61,911 nucleotides of DNA from Hydrolagus affinis (Eukaryota), in NCBI GenBank assembly GCA_012026655.1, contig JAAILG010001787.1, positions 1 to 61,911 of the forward strand. Reading direction: 5' to 3'. The notes below the pieces were generated by a model, which was not told the origin of the DNA, searched no databases, and saw only the letters and a program-made list of their open reading frames with translations. Made by a program: the position numbers and the translations under genes. This document shows, in pieces, positions 11,986 through 25,805 of this stretch (positions within the stretch are counted from its first letter, which is position 1; every line of letters starts with the position of its first letter).

Positions 11986-13454
11986 CTGAACCAGATTTAG
12001 GAAATAAATATATTGTGTCTCTGGGGTGCAAAGATCGCAAGTGGATGAATTTGAACAGAAATCAATAGCAAATAAATACTGAGAGCTGGTTTTACTTTTG
12101 CTAGATTTGGGTAATTTGCTATCTTTATTCTGGAAGCCAATTCCCAGCACAAACTCAAGTGGTTCACATTCACTTGGATGTATTCAAACAAAAGTGAAAA
12201 AAAAATCAGAAAGAGTTACTTAGTTTGAATTGATGCTTCTGAGCTCAGTGCAAAGAACTGGTGAAAAATAATTGTTTTAAACTCGCATTTTCTATTGAGT
12301 CTTATTGAACAAACAACCCAACACCAGTACTGAACTCCAGTACATTCAGAATCTGCTCATTAGCAAGTGAAATCGTAGCATTCCAGTGCTGAATGCTGGA
12401 AATCTATGGTTTGAGGATTTAGACTTCTGTTGTTAGAACAAGTTTCAATTCTGCTTTGAATAGAAATCTTCATTTAATTTTCCCAGTTTAATGCTCTAGT
12501 TCATAGAAGTGAATGGACCTTGTAGGTGATGGAACATATTTCAGAACCATTATTTAACACCTGCCAATGAGAAAGAGAGGTTGAATAGTCCTCAACCCTT
12601 TGAATGAGGAATTTCAGACACAGCATTGTTGCACAGGGTGTTGTCCATAACAAGGAAAGGCGGCTGGGGAGATATTATTATTATTCCTGGTGTATTGTAA
12701 TTGATGTAGGTCTGAGAAAAAAATCACCTCTACCCCATTCCCTAGTCACAGCTGATATCTACCTAACTGAAGTTAGAGTGATTCTTTAGAGTTCTCTCAA
12801 GTTAAATAGACCTTTATTACAATGCACCTCATGGAATGTATTTCTCTCTGGCTCTCAAACATCGTTTCATAAAAGTTTCACATATGAGTTTCTCAGCTCT
12901 ATCCCAGATTAATTTCACCAGCATGTTAACCACTTAGTCAACTTTATTGTAATTCTCCAATGTTATTTGTTTTGTTTTTATTTTCTGTCAAATACATGTT
13001 TGCACAACTAAACACACTCAACTCTCTTTAAGAGTTACTTAATCAGGACTTTGATTGTTTGCATATACAACATCTGCTTTGGGCTACATTTTATACAGTG
13101 GACAATTGTCAGAGTTGTAATTCTTTCAGTTTACTATACTGTATTGGAAGATAATCTGTGCCAGAAAGAGCTTGCTTGCATGTGCTTGGATTTCTGTCTG
13201 ATCTGATCTTTTATAACATCAGTTGAGTGCAAGTTGAGCTGATTATTTATTGACCTCACTATCTATTTCTGAACTTGGAAACCTTGTTGTCACTGTTGCT
13301 TGGTGTTTTGGCATAGTTAGTATATTTTACCAATACCTTTTAGTTATTAGATTCTCCTTTCTAATCACACTCATCAAAGCAAGTTTGCTGCCCATCATCA
13401 TTTATAATCTTTAATAATCTCCAAACCAAACTAGTGAGAGCTCCATATATTTAT

Positions 13455-13804
13455 AATAGTAATCTTTGCATTTGATTTAGCACCTTATCAAGTCTTCGAG
13501 ACGCCTCAAAATGCTTCACGGAATATGCTGTAAAGTCAATTGTGTATTGTGTGGGTGAAATGTAGCAACCAATTGGGCATAACAGTGTCCCACAAACAGC
13601 TGTGGATTGAATGACCTAATTATTTGTAAACAATTTTGAAGGGATTATTGCCACCAGAAAAGTGATCTGCCAATCGATTAACAACCGAGTTCCTAAAACA
13701 TGTGGAGTAAGCAAACTTGCCTAAAGTTTCACCCTGCCCGAGAATCGAACCTGGGTATTCTCACATGTGAGATGGGTGATCTAATCAGTACTCCACAGGA
13801 CTCC
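13455..13804 (-). mobile_element. tRNA-derived Deu-type SINE, near full length, long-internal variant
   Basis: Reverse tail TTTGCATTTGAT, Deu segment GTGTCCCACAAACAGC, reverse head AATCGAACCTGGG..CAGGACTCC. Confidence 0.8.
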
Positions 13805-15994
13805 ACTTTATGTACGATTTCTGTTTCTTAAGTTATAATGTCTACAACTCTACAATATCACACCTTGTGTCATCAGAATGTCTCAAAACACTTCACAGAA
13901 ATTACTGCAAAGTTTAGTAACATTGTAATTTATGGGTGATCGCAGGACTCAATTTACATATAGCGATGTCTGACAAACAACCATGAAGTGAATGACCAAT
14001 TTTATCTGAAGCAATAAAATGGCCAGGAAGATGAAACTTTAATTTTACATGTAATCAAAGACATTGCAGCTTGAACCCAGAGAAATGTTACCAACTGAGC
14101 GTGACTGAGAATCTGGAGTAATGAATATATGGTGTAATGCCGCAAGATGTATCAAAAAGAAGCTAAAATGAATATATACCTACTGTATTTTTACTTGGTA
14201 AGCATTACAAGTTCTTACAGGAAAGTTGGATTTCTTGAAACATTTGCCAACACTCACCCCTCCACTTCAATCTATTACACTTTAGTGCTTGATCAGAGCT
14301 TTTTAGATGAAGAGTGGAGGCAAAAGCCAATGTTAAATTTGTTGTTTTATTATTAGCCATCAGTACTGCTATTGAAAATGACATAAAATGCTGAATCCCC
14401 TGCTGTTTCCTCAGCAAATGATGAAAGGAAATACACCATCTCAATAAATTAAAGGTGAAGCATTTTAGCAAGAGATACATTGTTTTGCTCTAAATCATTT
14501 ACTGTACAGTATTGTATATGAATTGAGACACATGAGGCGAGCAGTTCCTTCTCTGCTAAGTGGAGTGACTTTGATCATTTATACTTTTAAGGAGAAAATC
14601 TAACCTAGAGGCAAGATGAATTTCACATGCCGTGTGAACTCAGCAACTTGACTTGTAAACTTTGTGTGAATCTTGTACCTTTTACATTCATCCATTATAC
14701 TGATTATAGGAATGCACCAATTGGTTATGATGCTGGTAGGTTATTAAAAAGAATCTAAAACCCAAACTATATTAAATTTCAGGGCATTTCTTAAGTGAAT
14801 GAACGAGTACAATACATTCATTTGGATAAATCATACGAAGTTTTAACATGTCAAGAAAAGTAGGAACATGAGTTTTGACTTGAACGTATGCCAATTTATG
14901 GTTTACAATGCATAATCCCCAAACCAGTTTCCTTATATTACTGCCAATATTTATCATCATCCTGAACAACATTTTAATGATAGAAACATCATTTTAATAT
15001 CTGTTTGGGTTTCTCATAAATAAATCACAAATAAAAATTTGTGTACCTTCTGTTTGTTCCTTGCATAGACTTCTTAATCAAACAACATATATATAAGAAA
15101 ACATGCAGCATTATGCATTAATACAGCAATAGAAACAAAAGCAAGCATGAAACAAAACACAACTCATTTTACAGGCAAGTAAAACATGCATTTTATGAAC
15201 TTCATGGTGGGGTGGTGGTGAAATACAATATTGAATAGATATTTGCAAATGAGCAAATTCCAAAACATTTATTTCTCTCACCACTTGACTATTTTTGTCT
15301 CTTTTCCCTTCACTTCAGCATTTGCTCACCGCATTTCCTTCCCCCAGTAACTTGGGAGATCTAACTCCCAGAATCAACCTTGTTCCTTTTCTCTCCATAC
15401 TCGCTAGGTCATTTAAAGATAACATACAAAACTGCACCTTATATTCCTCAGATATATGCTTTATAACTTTGGATCTGAAAATAAGATCTGTTTTGATGGC
15501 ATTGTTTTTCGCCCACATATATACAGTCAATTCACTTTACAGTATACCCTGTGAAGCGCTTTGAGAAGTCTAGAAGATGTGAAAAGCGCTATCTCAAATG
15601 CAAGGTTTCTGAATCAAACAATATTATTTTAAAAATTATATCAACCAGAGAGCAAGTAAAATTGATAAAACAGCTTGTAAGAGCATATTATCATGAAAAT
15701 CCCCATAGTACTGAAAGTTAAATTTGAATTTCTAAAGATTTGTTCAACCTTCAATATATTAATATTAAATATTTCCTTAGAAGTATTTTATTAGTGAGGA
15801 GATTTTCTGATCATGTCTGGCATGTCCAGCATGGTAATTCCACAGTCTCTTTATAATAAAAATAATCCTTGCATTTGAAATAGTATCTTATGTCTTTGAG
15901 ATTTCTATAGCACTTCACAGAATATACTTTAAAGTGAATTGATGTATATATTTGTGGGCCAAATGCTTTGCTTGTGATTTCATGATCATACAAT

Positions 15995-16302
15995 GGAGTG
16001 CTGTAGCTCAGTGATTAGAGCATTCGCCTTACAAGCGTGAGACCTGTGTTCAAATCCAGGCAGGATGAAACCTTGGGCGCTTTTCCTTTCTCCGCACGTA
16101 CAATAATAATCCCTGAAAAAAAAACGATAAAAAATTGGTAATTTCAATCCACGACTGTTTGTGGACACTGCTGTGTGCAATTGGATACTGTTTTTCGCTC
16201 ACAAATATGCAGTCAATTCACTTTATAGTATATTCTGTGAAGCGCTTTGAGACGTCGATAAGATGCGAAAAACGCCATATCAAATGCAAGGATTGTTATT
16301 AT
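15995..16302 (+). mobile_element. tRNA-derived Deu-type SINE, full length
   Basis: GGAGTGCTGTAGCTCAGTGATTAGAGC (A box), GTTCAAATCC (B box), Deu-like core, tail ATATCAAATGCAAGGATTGTTATTA. Confidence 0.9.
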
Positions 16303-18244
16303 AGTATCTGACTGAAGATTCTACTCAGTGCTGACTACCATTAAAATGTTCTCCATACACTCTGGGCTTTTAAAAATAAGATACCCCCCCTTCATTTGTT
16401 ACTCATTAGTGCTTGATGAGCCTTCTTCCACCCTCCAAACTCTCACCCCAACCTGCCCTTCCTATCCCCCAACTCCCAGCTTGGGTTCAAAAACCCCTAA
16501 CTGTCCAGTGTTTTACAAGTATAATTTGTTGCTGTTGTGTTAGAAAACTCTACAGAATACCCTTGATGCTCTAATTATTCCAATTGTTTCATCGTAAATA
16601 TGTTAACATGAAAACACAGTTGCAAGATTTTCCAGATTCTTACTGTACTCATTTGTGATGCCCCTTATGGGAGGGGAGGGATACTTATAATATTGTCAGG
16701 AATGCTAACTGAGGGATAAAACTCTCTCACTCATTTGTTACACACATAATTCTCTCTGGAAAAAAGTCAGGCAGAAGAAATTTTGTAAAGATTTAGCGGA
16801 AAGGGTGTATATGCTTCTTTGAACAATTAGTGTGAGAATGGTGATGTTTGCAACATGACCTGCCAACTTTGCAAATTGAAGTTGCTTGATTTTCATCTCA
16901 TACATTTAAGATGGAGAACATATCTGTGTTCTCAGATTGATCCCAATTTCACAGCCATTACTACATTCCTGCATTCTAAGGCAAATAAAAATATATATTC
17001 ATGTCACATCTCGGTATGCACAATCACATTATAATCATTGTGAATTAGAATGTATTCTTCATTATGTTTATATAAAAGAATCACCCAAGAAAAACTATTA
17101 ACCTTTTTCAGGTTTGGTCATTAAATACATTTTCTAGTATTTATCCATTAGAGCTGACTTTAAAAAAATGTTCTTTTTTTAGAAATAACACAATCTCCTG
17201 CATTTCCCGATAGAACACCATGTAAAACTAGGATTGAAGTAATGTAGCCTAAATACCCACTGGAAACAACTCTGTACCTCTAAGTCAAATGCAAACATTG
17301 AAGTACAGATGTGTCTGACTGGTCTTCCATAATAATAACAAATTGTGCCAATCTCTTACTTCAAAGTAGTAGAAGCTCATATACAGTCAATTCACTTTAC
17401 ATTATATTCCGTGAAGCGCTTTGAGACATCTAGAAGATGTGAAAAGCGCTATATCAAATGCAAGGATTATTATTACTGTGACTCTGAAGTGACTCTGTAG
17501 CCATTATAGCCGTTGAACTTGTCTCACTTGAAGGTTCTGCCAATTGGAGGTGGGGCACTTTCCTAGGTGGAGATCTATTCTATTCCTGTGGAGGTGATTC
17601 AACCAACATTAGAGGAATATCCTTTTTCGGACAGGGATACAATGGAACGGAACAGAGGGGTTATCAGACAAGATCTGGATAGTGGAGCAGGATGTCTTTT
17701 CGCATTCCTCTGGGTATGCATTACTCCAACTGTTCAGTTAAGGACTTTGAGATGGTCTCCTGATGTTAAAGGCTCTACGTAAATGTACCTTGTTTTGTAT
17801 AGCTACAGAGAGCTATTAAAATAGATGATTACCTGCTTGCTTCTGTGGTCAAACGTTATTCACACATATCCTTTTCAGCAGCGATTGCATGTTAGCAATC
17901 TAAGGCTCAATGATGATGATAATAATAATCATAACCTTTATATTTGATATAGCATCTTATGTCAGAAGAGTGTTTCAAAGTGCTTCATAGCATTTACTGT
18001 GAAATGGAGTTACTGTGTATTTGTAGGCAAACCTGGCAATTTAATTGCACACAGTAATGATTCACAAAGCAGCATGAAACAAATGATAAATTTTATTTGG
18101 GGGATTATTGAGCAGGACACAGGGAGAAATTCCTTTCTGAATGCTTATAGTCATCATGTTTTTAAGACAAAGTCTCATTTTTCAAAAATAAAATTGTGTA
18201 GACATCACTAAAAGTGAAAAACTAAATATAAGAATTTTTCAAAA

Positions 18245-18553
18245 TAATAACAATCCTTGCATTTGATATAGTGCTTTTCACATCATATCGAAGTCTCAAA
18301 GTGCTTCACAGAATATATTGTAAAGTGAATTGACTGTATATTTGTGGGAGAAACGCGGCAGCCAATTGCGCACAAGAGTGTCCCACAAACAGTCGTGGAT
18401 TGAAGTGACCAATTTATTATTGTGGTTTTTTTGGAGGGATTGTTATTAGGCATGCGGAGTAAGGAAACTTGCCCAAGGTTTCGCTGTGACCTGCCTGGAT
18501 TCGAACACGAGTTTTGTAAGACGAGTGCTCTAACCTCTGAGCTGCAGGACTCC
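18245..18553 (-). mobile_element. tRNA-derived Deu-type SINE, full length
   Basis: Reverse complement of the same family, with GGATTCGAAC (B box) and CAGGACTCC end. Confidence 0.9.
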
Positions 18554-18669
18554 ATATATTGCATATGTAAAATTTTAAGACAGTTGACTTAAAACCAAGG
18601 GAAAGCTTGCAATTTAGGAATGTGAGCAAAGGCGGAAAAGGACAATCATTTCTGTTCACTGAAACTCAG

Positions 18670-18775
18670 ACTGAGATCAGTTAGCCCAGCTCAGACCAGC
18701 AGATATAACTGGGACCTCCTGGGTCTGTATCATTCAGTTCAAAAACTGGTCACTAACCAATTTACCCATTGAGGA
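18670..18775 (-). mobile_element. Possible ancient SINE head (AmnSINE2/LmeSINE1-like)
   Basis: CTGAGATCAGTTAGCCCAGCTCAGACC..CTGGGACCTCCTGGGTCTGTAT..TTACCCATTGAG resembles the reverse of that family as I recall it; not aligned. Confidence 0.4.
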
Positions 18776-19659
18776 GTTTTATTTTTCTGCAGAAAATACC
18801 AAACTATGTTATCTTAACACAGTGCCATCACCAAAGGGCCAGCAGTAGCTGAGTCTGGGAGAATTACAACAACGATGGCTCTGTCTTCTGAATTTGGATT
18901 CTAACATGGGCTTCACTTCAAACTTTCTACAGCTTTTGGACAGGACGTAAATAGTTCTTGCCCCATTTGCATCACCATTGCTTCATTTCCATGTAAATGT
19001 AGTTTGAACAGCTTTTAAATTATTGCAACCGCTGATTTTTAAAAAAAAATGGATATTTAAACAATAAAGTATATTTCTCAGATCATCTATCTGCTTGGTA
19101 AACTGAACACTGAAGGTATGTTGGTGCTGTTATTGCTGTTGAATTAGGCTAATTAGATATTTGATAAAAATGCTCTCCAGTGATGTACAACACATTTCAC
19201 TACTAAGTAGCTTTGTGCTTCATTAGTATGCAAGCCACTGCTTTTTGTCTGAGCTTCAGAAAGATTAAGCTGTGGGAGAGGTTAGGCCAAGACCCCTGTT
19301 GAAATAAACTGCCACAGAACTTTACAGAAATCTCGCTATTCCCTTGCTATGAAAACAGAGACCTAGTGCTTGACTCATACTAACATCAAATAAGCTTCAA
19401 ATCTCTTTCTAAAAGGAAAAAAAGTTTGTTTCCTGCTTTGGAGAAGTCTCAGTGCTACAATTTCAATCAGAATTGGCACGCTGAAGACCCTGTTCCTTGA
19501 AGTATTTTTTTTCAGAGCATTAAAGAGAAGAGGAAAAACTTGTGGCAACCAGACAAAGAAACTCTAAACTAATTATCCATTTTGATACTGTTGCGGGGAA
19601 CTTGCCTAATCAGAATTGTGGCATTTGCAGACAGAATAATTCAAATGGATATTATTAAG

Positions 19660-19830
19660 CATATCATAGAATCTTAGAATCATACAGCACAGAAGGAGGT
19701 CATTCGGCCCATCATGTCTGTGCCGGCACTTTGGAAAGAGCTGTCCAAATCCCACTGCCGCCCCCACCCCCCCTCTCTCCATGGCCATGCAAATGTGTCT
19801 GCCCCAAATATCCTGATATACTACTTGATT
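19660..19830 (-). mobile_element. CR1-like LINE 3' end
   Basis: CATAGAATCTTAGAATCATACAGCACAGAAGGAGGTCATTCGGCCCATC, the reverse of a CR1 tail with (ATTCTATG)-type repeats. A similar copy lies at ~28110-28260. Confidence 0.75.
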
Positions 19831-22800
19831 GGACCTCACAGTGTTACAGTTACAATGAAGAGAAACCACTATTTAATTTGCATATTGGATTGCCAGTGTT
19901 TTGGATATTCAAAGGTAGCCAGTGATTGGTCCACACTACTTATTAACTACAATCATACCACCGAAAGGAGCTTAGTGGAGCAAAATTCTTTTAGACAGAT
20001 CATTGCTAAAACTGGAGTAAATATTACCAGTAACCCAGTTTCTAACTACCTGTATTAATATATCACTCAACAGCGGTTAAGCAAATTTGAGATCATTTTA
20101 AACTTGTAGATTTTTTAAAGTAAATGGTAGTATTGTAGACAGAATTTGGATTTAATTTGGTGTTTTGTCAATTGGGATAATAATCAAAGTTCTCCTTAGC
20201 TGGCACTGTTATTATTGAAGTACAATGTAACTATTGTCCTCACATTGGATCGAAAAGAGACTATTGGAGTATGAATAACAGCTGCCTGTTGTGCTGCAAA
20301 CTGATTAATCTTCATTCAAGTCAGCCTACGAAGTCCACAATGTTCTTAATGAGGCAGATTGAACTATAATAACCTCTTAGCTCAGCTGAGTAAGCTTGGT
20401 TACTTGTGAGGGTTGGGGGATGGCTGTGGTGAAGAGTTGTAAAATGTAACACGTTGGTTGATAACAAGCTTATGCTTCAGCACACAGCGTCACAATGTGG
20501 AAATGCTACCTTAATTTAAAACGCTCTCTGCTTTTACATTTCTCTAAGGTGCCGGCTTGTTGAGTTCCCAAACTTTAATAAAATATCTGACACAGATATC
20601 TTATTAAAGTAACTGGGGTGATATCACAGATGGCCTCCGACTTCATGTGTTGTATTCTTTGAGAATAATCTGTGTGAAATATTGGCTGAGTGAGCTGCAC
20701 CCATTCATTCTCTCTTTTGTTCATTCAACCACAGTTAAAGCTATTTTTAAATCACACCTTACCGTCATTTAGTTTGCAATTTAGCTATAATCTTTTATTT
20801 GAACAAAAAGTTACTTTCTCAGTCCACATGATAGTCCCTTAACAGACTCCCATCAATTATAAATGTAGTTTCTTGTAGAATGTGTGTGTAGGTACGCACT
20901 CCGCACTTTCAAATCCCGCCTAAAGATCCTTGTGGTTACCTCTTCCCTCTTTCTCCTTGTGGCTCGGAATCAAATTCTGCCATAGTTAACTATAATTCCC
21001 TGTGTGAATAGGGCGAGAGACAGTAAATGCAATTTGTTGTTGTTGTAGGTACAGTTATAGTATTTTTTCTCGAGTATTGTGGTTTCATGTATCTTACAGA
21101 ATGCATTCAGTGCCAGTGAGTGCTCTAACATTGAGAGAAATAGCACTTAATTATCACACTTGAAAAATCATACGAATACAAAGGTTTTTTTTAAAAAAGC
21201 AAGTCCATTGAGAAAATGGATTTGAAGGTTAGAGAGGGCTTTAAGAAACATGTGATTTACGTGAATGAAATGACCCATTTTTGTATGTTTGGAAGCTGAA
21301 GGGCAGTTGTTGAGTTTGGTTCAATCACAATAAGATCATTATTTTCATTGAATATTTAATTGATTGCCTTTCACAAGCATGTTATTAATAATAATAATAA
21401 TACTTGCATTTGACATACCATGCACCTTATCACATCTTCTAGACGCCACAAAGCACATCACAGAAAAGAGAATTGACTGCAAATTTTTGTGAGCGTAATG
21501 TTAATGTAGTGAGTGCAATACAATTCTGCTTCACATGTATTATAGTGGAAGAGCAAAATCTTTGTCCCGACTGCCAATTGTCCCACAGCCCAACTTGGTG
21601 CCATCAATGTACGAATGTAACTTCAACTGGCTTTGCGGGTTAATCCTAATAACACAGATTGCTGACGATATCATCTGCAGTAAGTCCTGATTATTCTCTA
21701 AGATGTCATCCTATGTGAAGAGGGCTAAACAAATGCAAGATATTCTTGTCGTTGTTGACTATTTGCAATGCCGATTGGTCACTTTTGTTGTTCATATTTT
21801 AAGTTCAGAGAATTTAATAAAGTCCACAATAACACTAAAAATAAGGCTGCAATTCAACATGTTTTTAGAAATGCATCATCTTCTCTCTATCTTTCTCCCC
21901 TCACCCCCTCCCCCCCCTCCCCACCCCCAAACCCACTCTCTCCCTCTCATTTTTCAGTGCTCTTCAACCTTGGAGCTTTACACAGTTTGATAAATTGAAC
22001 TATTCAGTTCATTGTAAATGTGTACACTAGAGTCATTGATTTGTTTCCCACATGATGTCATGCAAGGGTGGGAAAAGACTGCACGCTTGGTGGGATATCC
22101 TTCAGTCTCATGCTTCATTGTGGATCTGTCAGTCCATGAATACTTTCCTTCAACTTGCTTTGTGTGCAAGGCCTTTAGCTGGGCTCTGATTTAGAATTAA
22201 GCGGATTGTATCCCAAGTGGACTGAGCATGACCAGTTTGGCTGCAGCCACTCAGTGTGTGGTTTGCTGATTACATCACTGTCAGATGATGGATGCCAGAC
22301 AACGCTAGCTTGCGCTTTATTATTCCCGAGCAGCACTGAGGAAGCTTGAAAAAATAGCAGTCCAGGAGTGTTTGTGCATGGAGTGCATGCTAATGAACAG
22401 AATCAGAATATCCACTGTCTCCAAGATAACACTGTAATGAAATGAACAGGTCTCTATCAATACACACTTGAAAGAACTAGGACAATATGTTTTCTGAATG
22501 TTGACATGCAATGATTATTACTTTGGAAAGTGTAAATCAATTCAAGTGAAGTGATTGCTGCAAAATGTTAAAACCACTGATGTTTAAAAATATTCTAGTC
22601 GGATCTAATCACCCAACATGAAAAGTGCCATATCAACGGCAATAATTATTTTATCATTTACATCAACATCTTGTGTGCTGCACATCAGTGCAACTTTCAC
22701 CTCACAAAAAAAAGAGAAGCATGTTTAATAAATCAGTAAAGCCAGTGAAAATCAAATGAATGCAAAATAACATAATTTACAACAGCAATATGAATTCCTC

Positions 22801-25364
22801 AGATTACTTAAACAAGCTCAAATAGCTTTCTTTTAAGCAAATAATGACATGACTGTACTTGAAAATGTTTCTTCATTTGCAGAAGACATTTTATTGTTAA
22901 ATGATACATTTTCTACATAGCATTTGGATCCGTAGCTTTTATGTCTACTTCCAAAGAGAGCACTGGCTGAGTGAAGAATGCTCCGTTCATTCAATTTGTA
23001 AAGGTACCCTCATCAATTCATAGCTCACCAGCAAGTTACACCAGCAGAATAAAATGAACATTCTGCTGTTCTGCACTCTCTCCAATCTGCCCATGTTCCA
23101 AATGGGTAAAGCATTTGTTTTAATTTGACTTTTTGCTTTGCACATTTCCCACGGGAACTATTGAAAAACAGAGAGTGCATTTTAGTATGCTCTGTTATAT
23201 TGTGCAAGGTCCCTCCATCAGCCCACACCCAGCAGTCTTGAAGAAACAATGGCTTTGAAATAAATTCAGACAGTAGAAGCAGTATTTTCTTTAATTGAAT
23301 TATTGATGTCTCTCTGAATTAACCTCTGATTATGGCCTCTTATTGGCTTCTCTACTTTGCACATGGCCCCATCCCATCCATATAAAGTGAAGCTGAGGTA
23401 GCATTCTGTGAAATGTCTCTAAAATATTGTGACCTGCAGGTGGCAGATTTAATGGCTACCAAAGATTGTCTCAATAGTCACCATAGACTACTTCACCGTC
23501 ATCCATTCTGTCCATCATGGTGGTGAGTGGAGCTGTTCATTGTCAGTCTGATATTAACTGGGCAGAATTTCCTTCATTGTGACAATATCAGTGGTGATAA
23601 TTATTAAATTGAAGGTGGTTTTCTCACCCTTATATGGGGTTGAAAATATGTTTGCAGAAAAACAGCAACCTAGCTCATCACAAATGAAACATCTCCTTTT
23701 TGCATCTCAAATTTGCACATCATCTCAATGTGGTTCTCAGGTTGGACCCAAGGTATCTGAAGTCATAGTGGTACAAGGCAATTCCTGTAATGAACTTAAA
23801 ATGCTCATGTAACCGATACTTCCATGAAACAGCTTTGCAGAATCTTTAATAAGGCACAAAATTGCACCTCATCTAAATCGTTAAGAGCATTTTGCTTTAG
23901 AATGTAAGATTGCACAGAATTGTGGAAACATCATCAATTCAGTGTGAATTTTGAATGCTTTTTTGAGAGCTGATGTAACAGGCTACCAAATTAATTCTGA
24001 ATTTAAGATGATTTAACATTTGAAGGCAAAATAGTTTTACACGCTCAGACAAAAAGGAAATTTCAAAACTTTCTAATAATATTTTCTCTCCTGTGCCCTA
24101 TATAAACACTCTTCCAAGAGATTTACTTCCGCCTGATTCAATAGTCTATTTTTCTCTTTCAGATGCTGATAGTCTCCTTTGCATTTCTCAATATTTCTTA
24201 AATTCATTATATTTCAGGGTAATGAGGAAAGGTGGTGCCAAGTAGATGGGATTTTTTTTTAACTGACCTTCCTCCACGCCCCTCCCAAACAGAAAAGATC
24301 AGAATAATAGTTTGAAGCAACTGTTTAAGTTGCTTCAATTAAGAAAATGTCAACACCATCAGAATGTATGTTACCCCCAACTGCATAAACTGAGTGCCAA
24401 TGTAGAGTAGTGTAAGACATGTAATGTATAGTGCTTTGGGATGTTCTGATGTGAAAGGCACTGACCAGCTATAAATGAACATTCACTTCATGGCAGTTTA
24501 TGGGACATTACTGTGCATTAATTGACTGCCACTTAACGCTTACAGACGCTACAGTGTGCAGTACATTCTATGAAGCACCTTGAGATTTTTCGATGATATG
24601 CGAAGGGTCTATAATAAATGCCAGGATTATTAATACAGTATTACTATTATTATTGGTGCATTTGATTTAACACTTTTATGTCAGGAGGATATGCTCAGTG
24701 GATAATAGGCCTGGCATGTCACTCCAAAAGACAGTCACATAAACTGATGCTAGAAATTATTCAAAGGTGCCTGTTTAAAAATATTTACAGCTATCTTAAT
24801 GTTTTCCTTTGTATTACATTGGTAAACATCTATGTATCTTTACCACCTTGTCAAGCTATAAGAATTTCGAATCAATAGTACCTTTTTACCTCACTGACAC
24901 ACTGTTGTACATTAAGCAATCTAGAACTGCTACAACTCTCCTCTTTTGTTACCCTGAAAATCAATTCCTATCATGTAAACAGGAAGATTGTAAATCTCTG
25001 TTTCTCTCTAAGGCTTTGGCACCCCATGCTGGTATACTATGTGTACTGCAGTCTAGCATGGAATCATTTCCAGTTCAGTATTTCTCTCGTCTAATCGTGA
25101 AGTTTCATATAAGAATAAGAAAAAAACATTTTAACCCTGTAAAACAATGGTATAAAAAGCCATAGTCAGCACTTGTATTGGGGTTTTGTGGGGCTATTTT
25201 GGGATGGTCACTGAGTAATGAGACACCATCAATTTAAGATCAATTTGAAAAAAGAGGATTGCAGATTTCTTTACCTGAGAGTTAATAGAATATGGATAAT
25301 ATGTTATAAAATGCAGCAGGATTTATAATCGAATTTAAAGGGCATTTAAACAAATATTTGAAAA

Positions 25365-25805
25365 CAATAACATCAATTTCGATTTATATCGTGCCCTCCA
25401 CGCCGGGCGGTGTCTCAGAGCACTTCACAATAACAGATCCCGGGGCTGAGTCAGGGACAGGGCGAAAAAGGTGACCAAAGGTGCAGTCGAAAAGACCTGA
25501 ATCTAGGAAGAGAGGGGGCGAGGCGAAGGGAGTGAGGAAGGGAGTTCCAGAGCCTCAGGGCATATTGGCTAAAGGACGGCCACTGATGGTGGAGTGGAGG
25601 ATTCGGGGGACAAGGAGGAGACCAGAACCAGAGGAGCGAAGACAACAGATGTTGTTTTGAGGAGAGAGGAGGTCGGAGAGGTAGGTGGGTGCAGAGGAGT
25701 GGAGAGATTTGAAGACAAGAGGATTTTGAAATCGATCCTCTCCGAGACAGGGAACCAGTGAAGTCTGGCAAGGACTGGGGTAATAGGGGAGCAAAATTTG
25801 GTGCA
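25365..25805 (-). mobile_element. L2 3' fragment inserted into a CR1 3' fragment
   Basis: SPITPVLARLHWFP..RIDFKIL; same subfamily as 1180-1878. CR1-like sequence on both sides (~25235-25362 and ~25806-25895). Confidence 0.85.

Noticed and set aside
15995-16065. tRNA genes (Val-like TAC loop) at SINE heads
   Set aside because: Each is followed by the same SINE body and the copies carry scattered mutations; SINE heads, not tRNA genes.
23507-23530. REST/NRSE-like CTGTCC..GGTGGTGA
   Set aside because: Wrong spacer and a mismatch in the half site.
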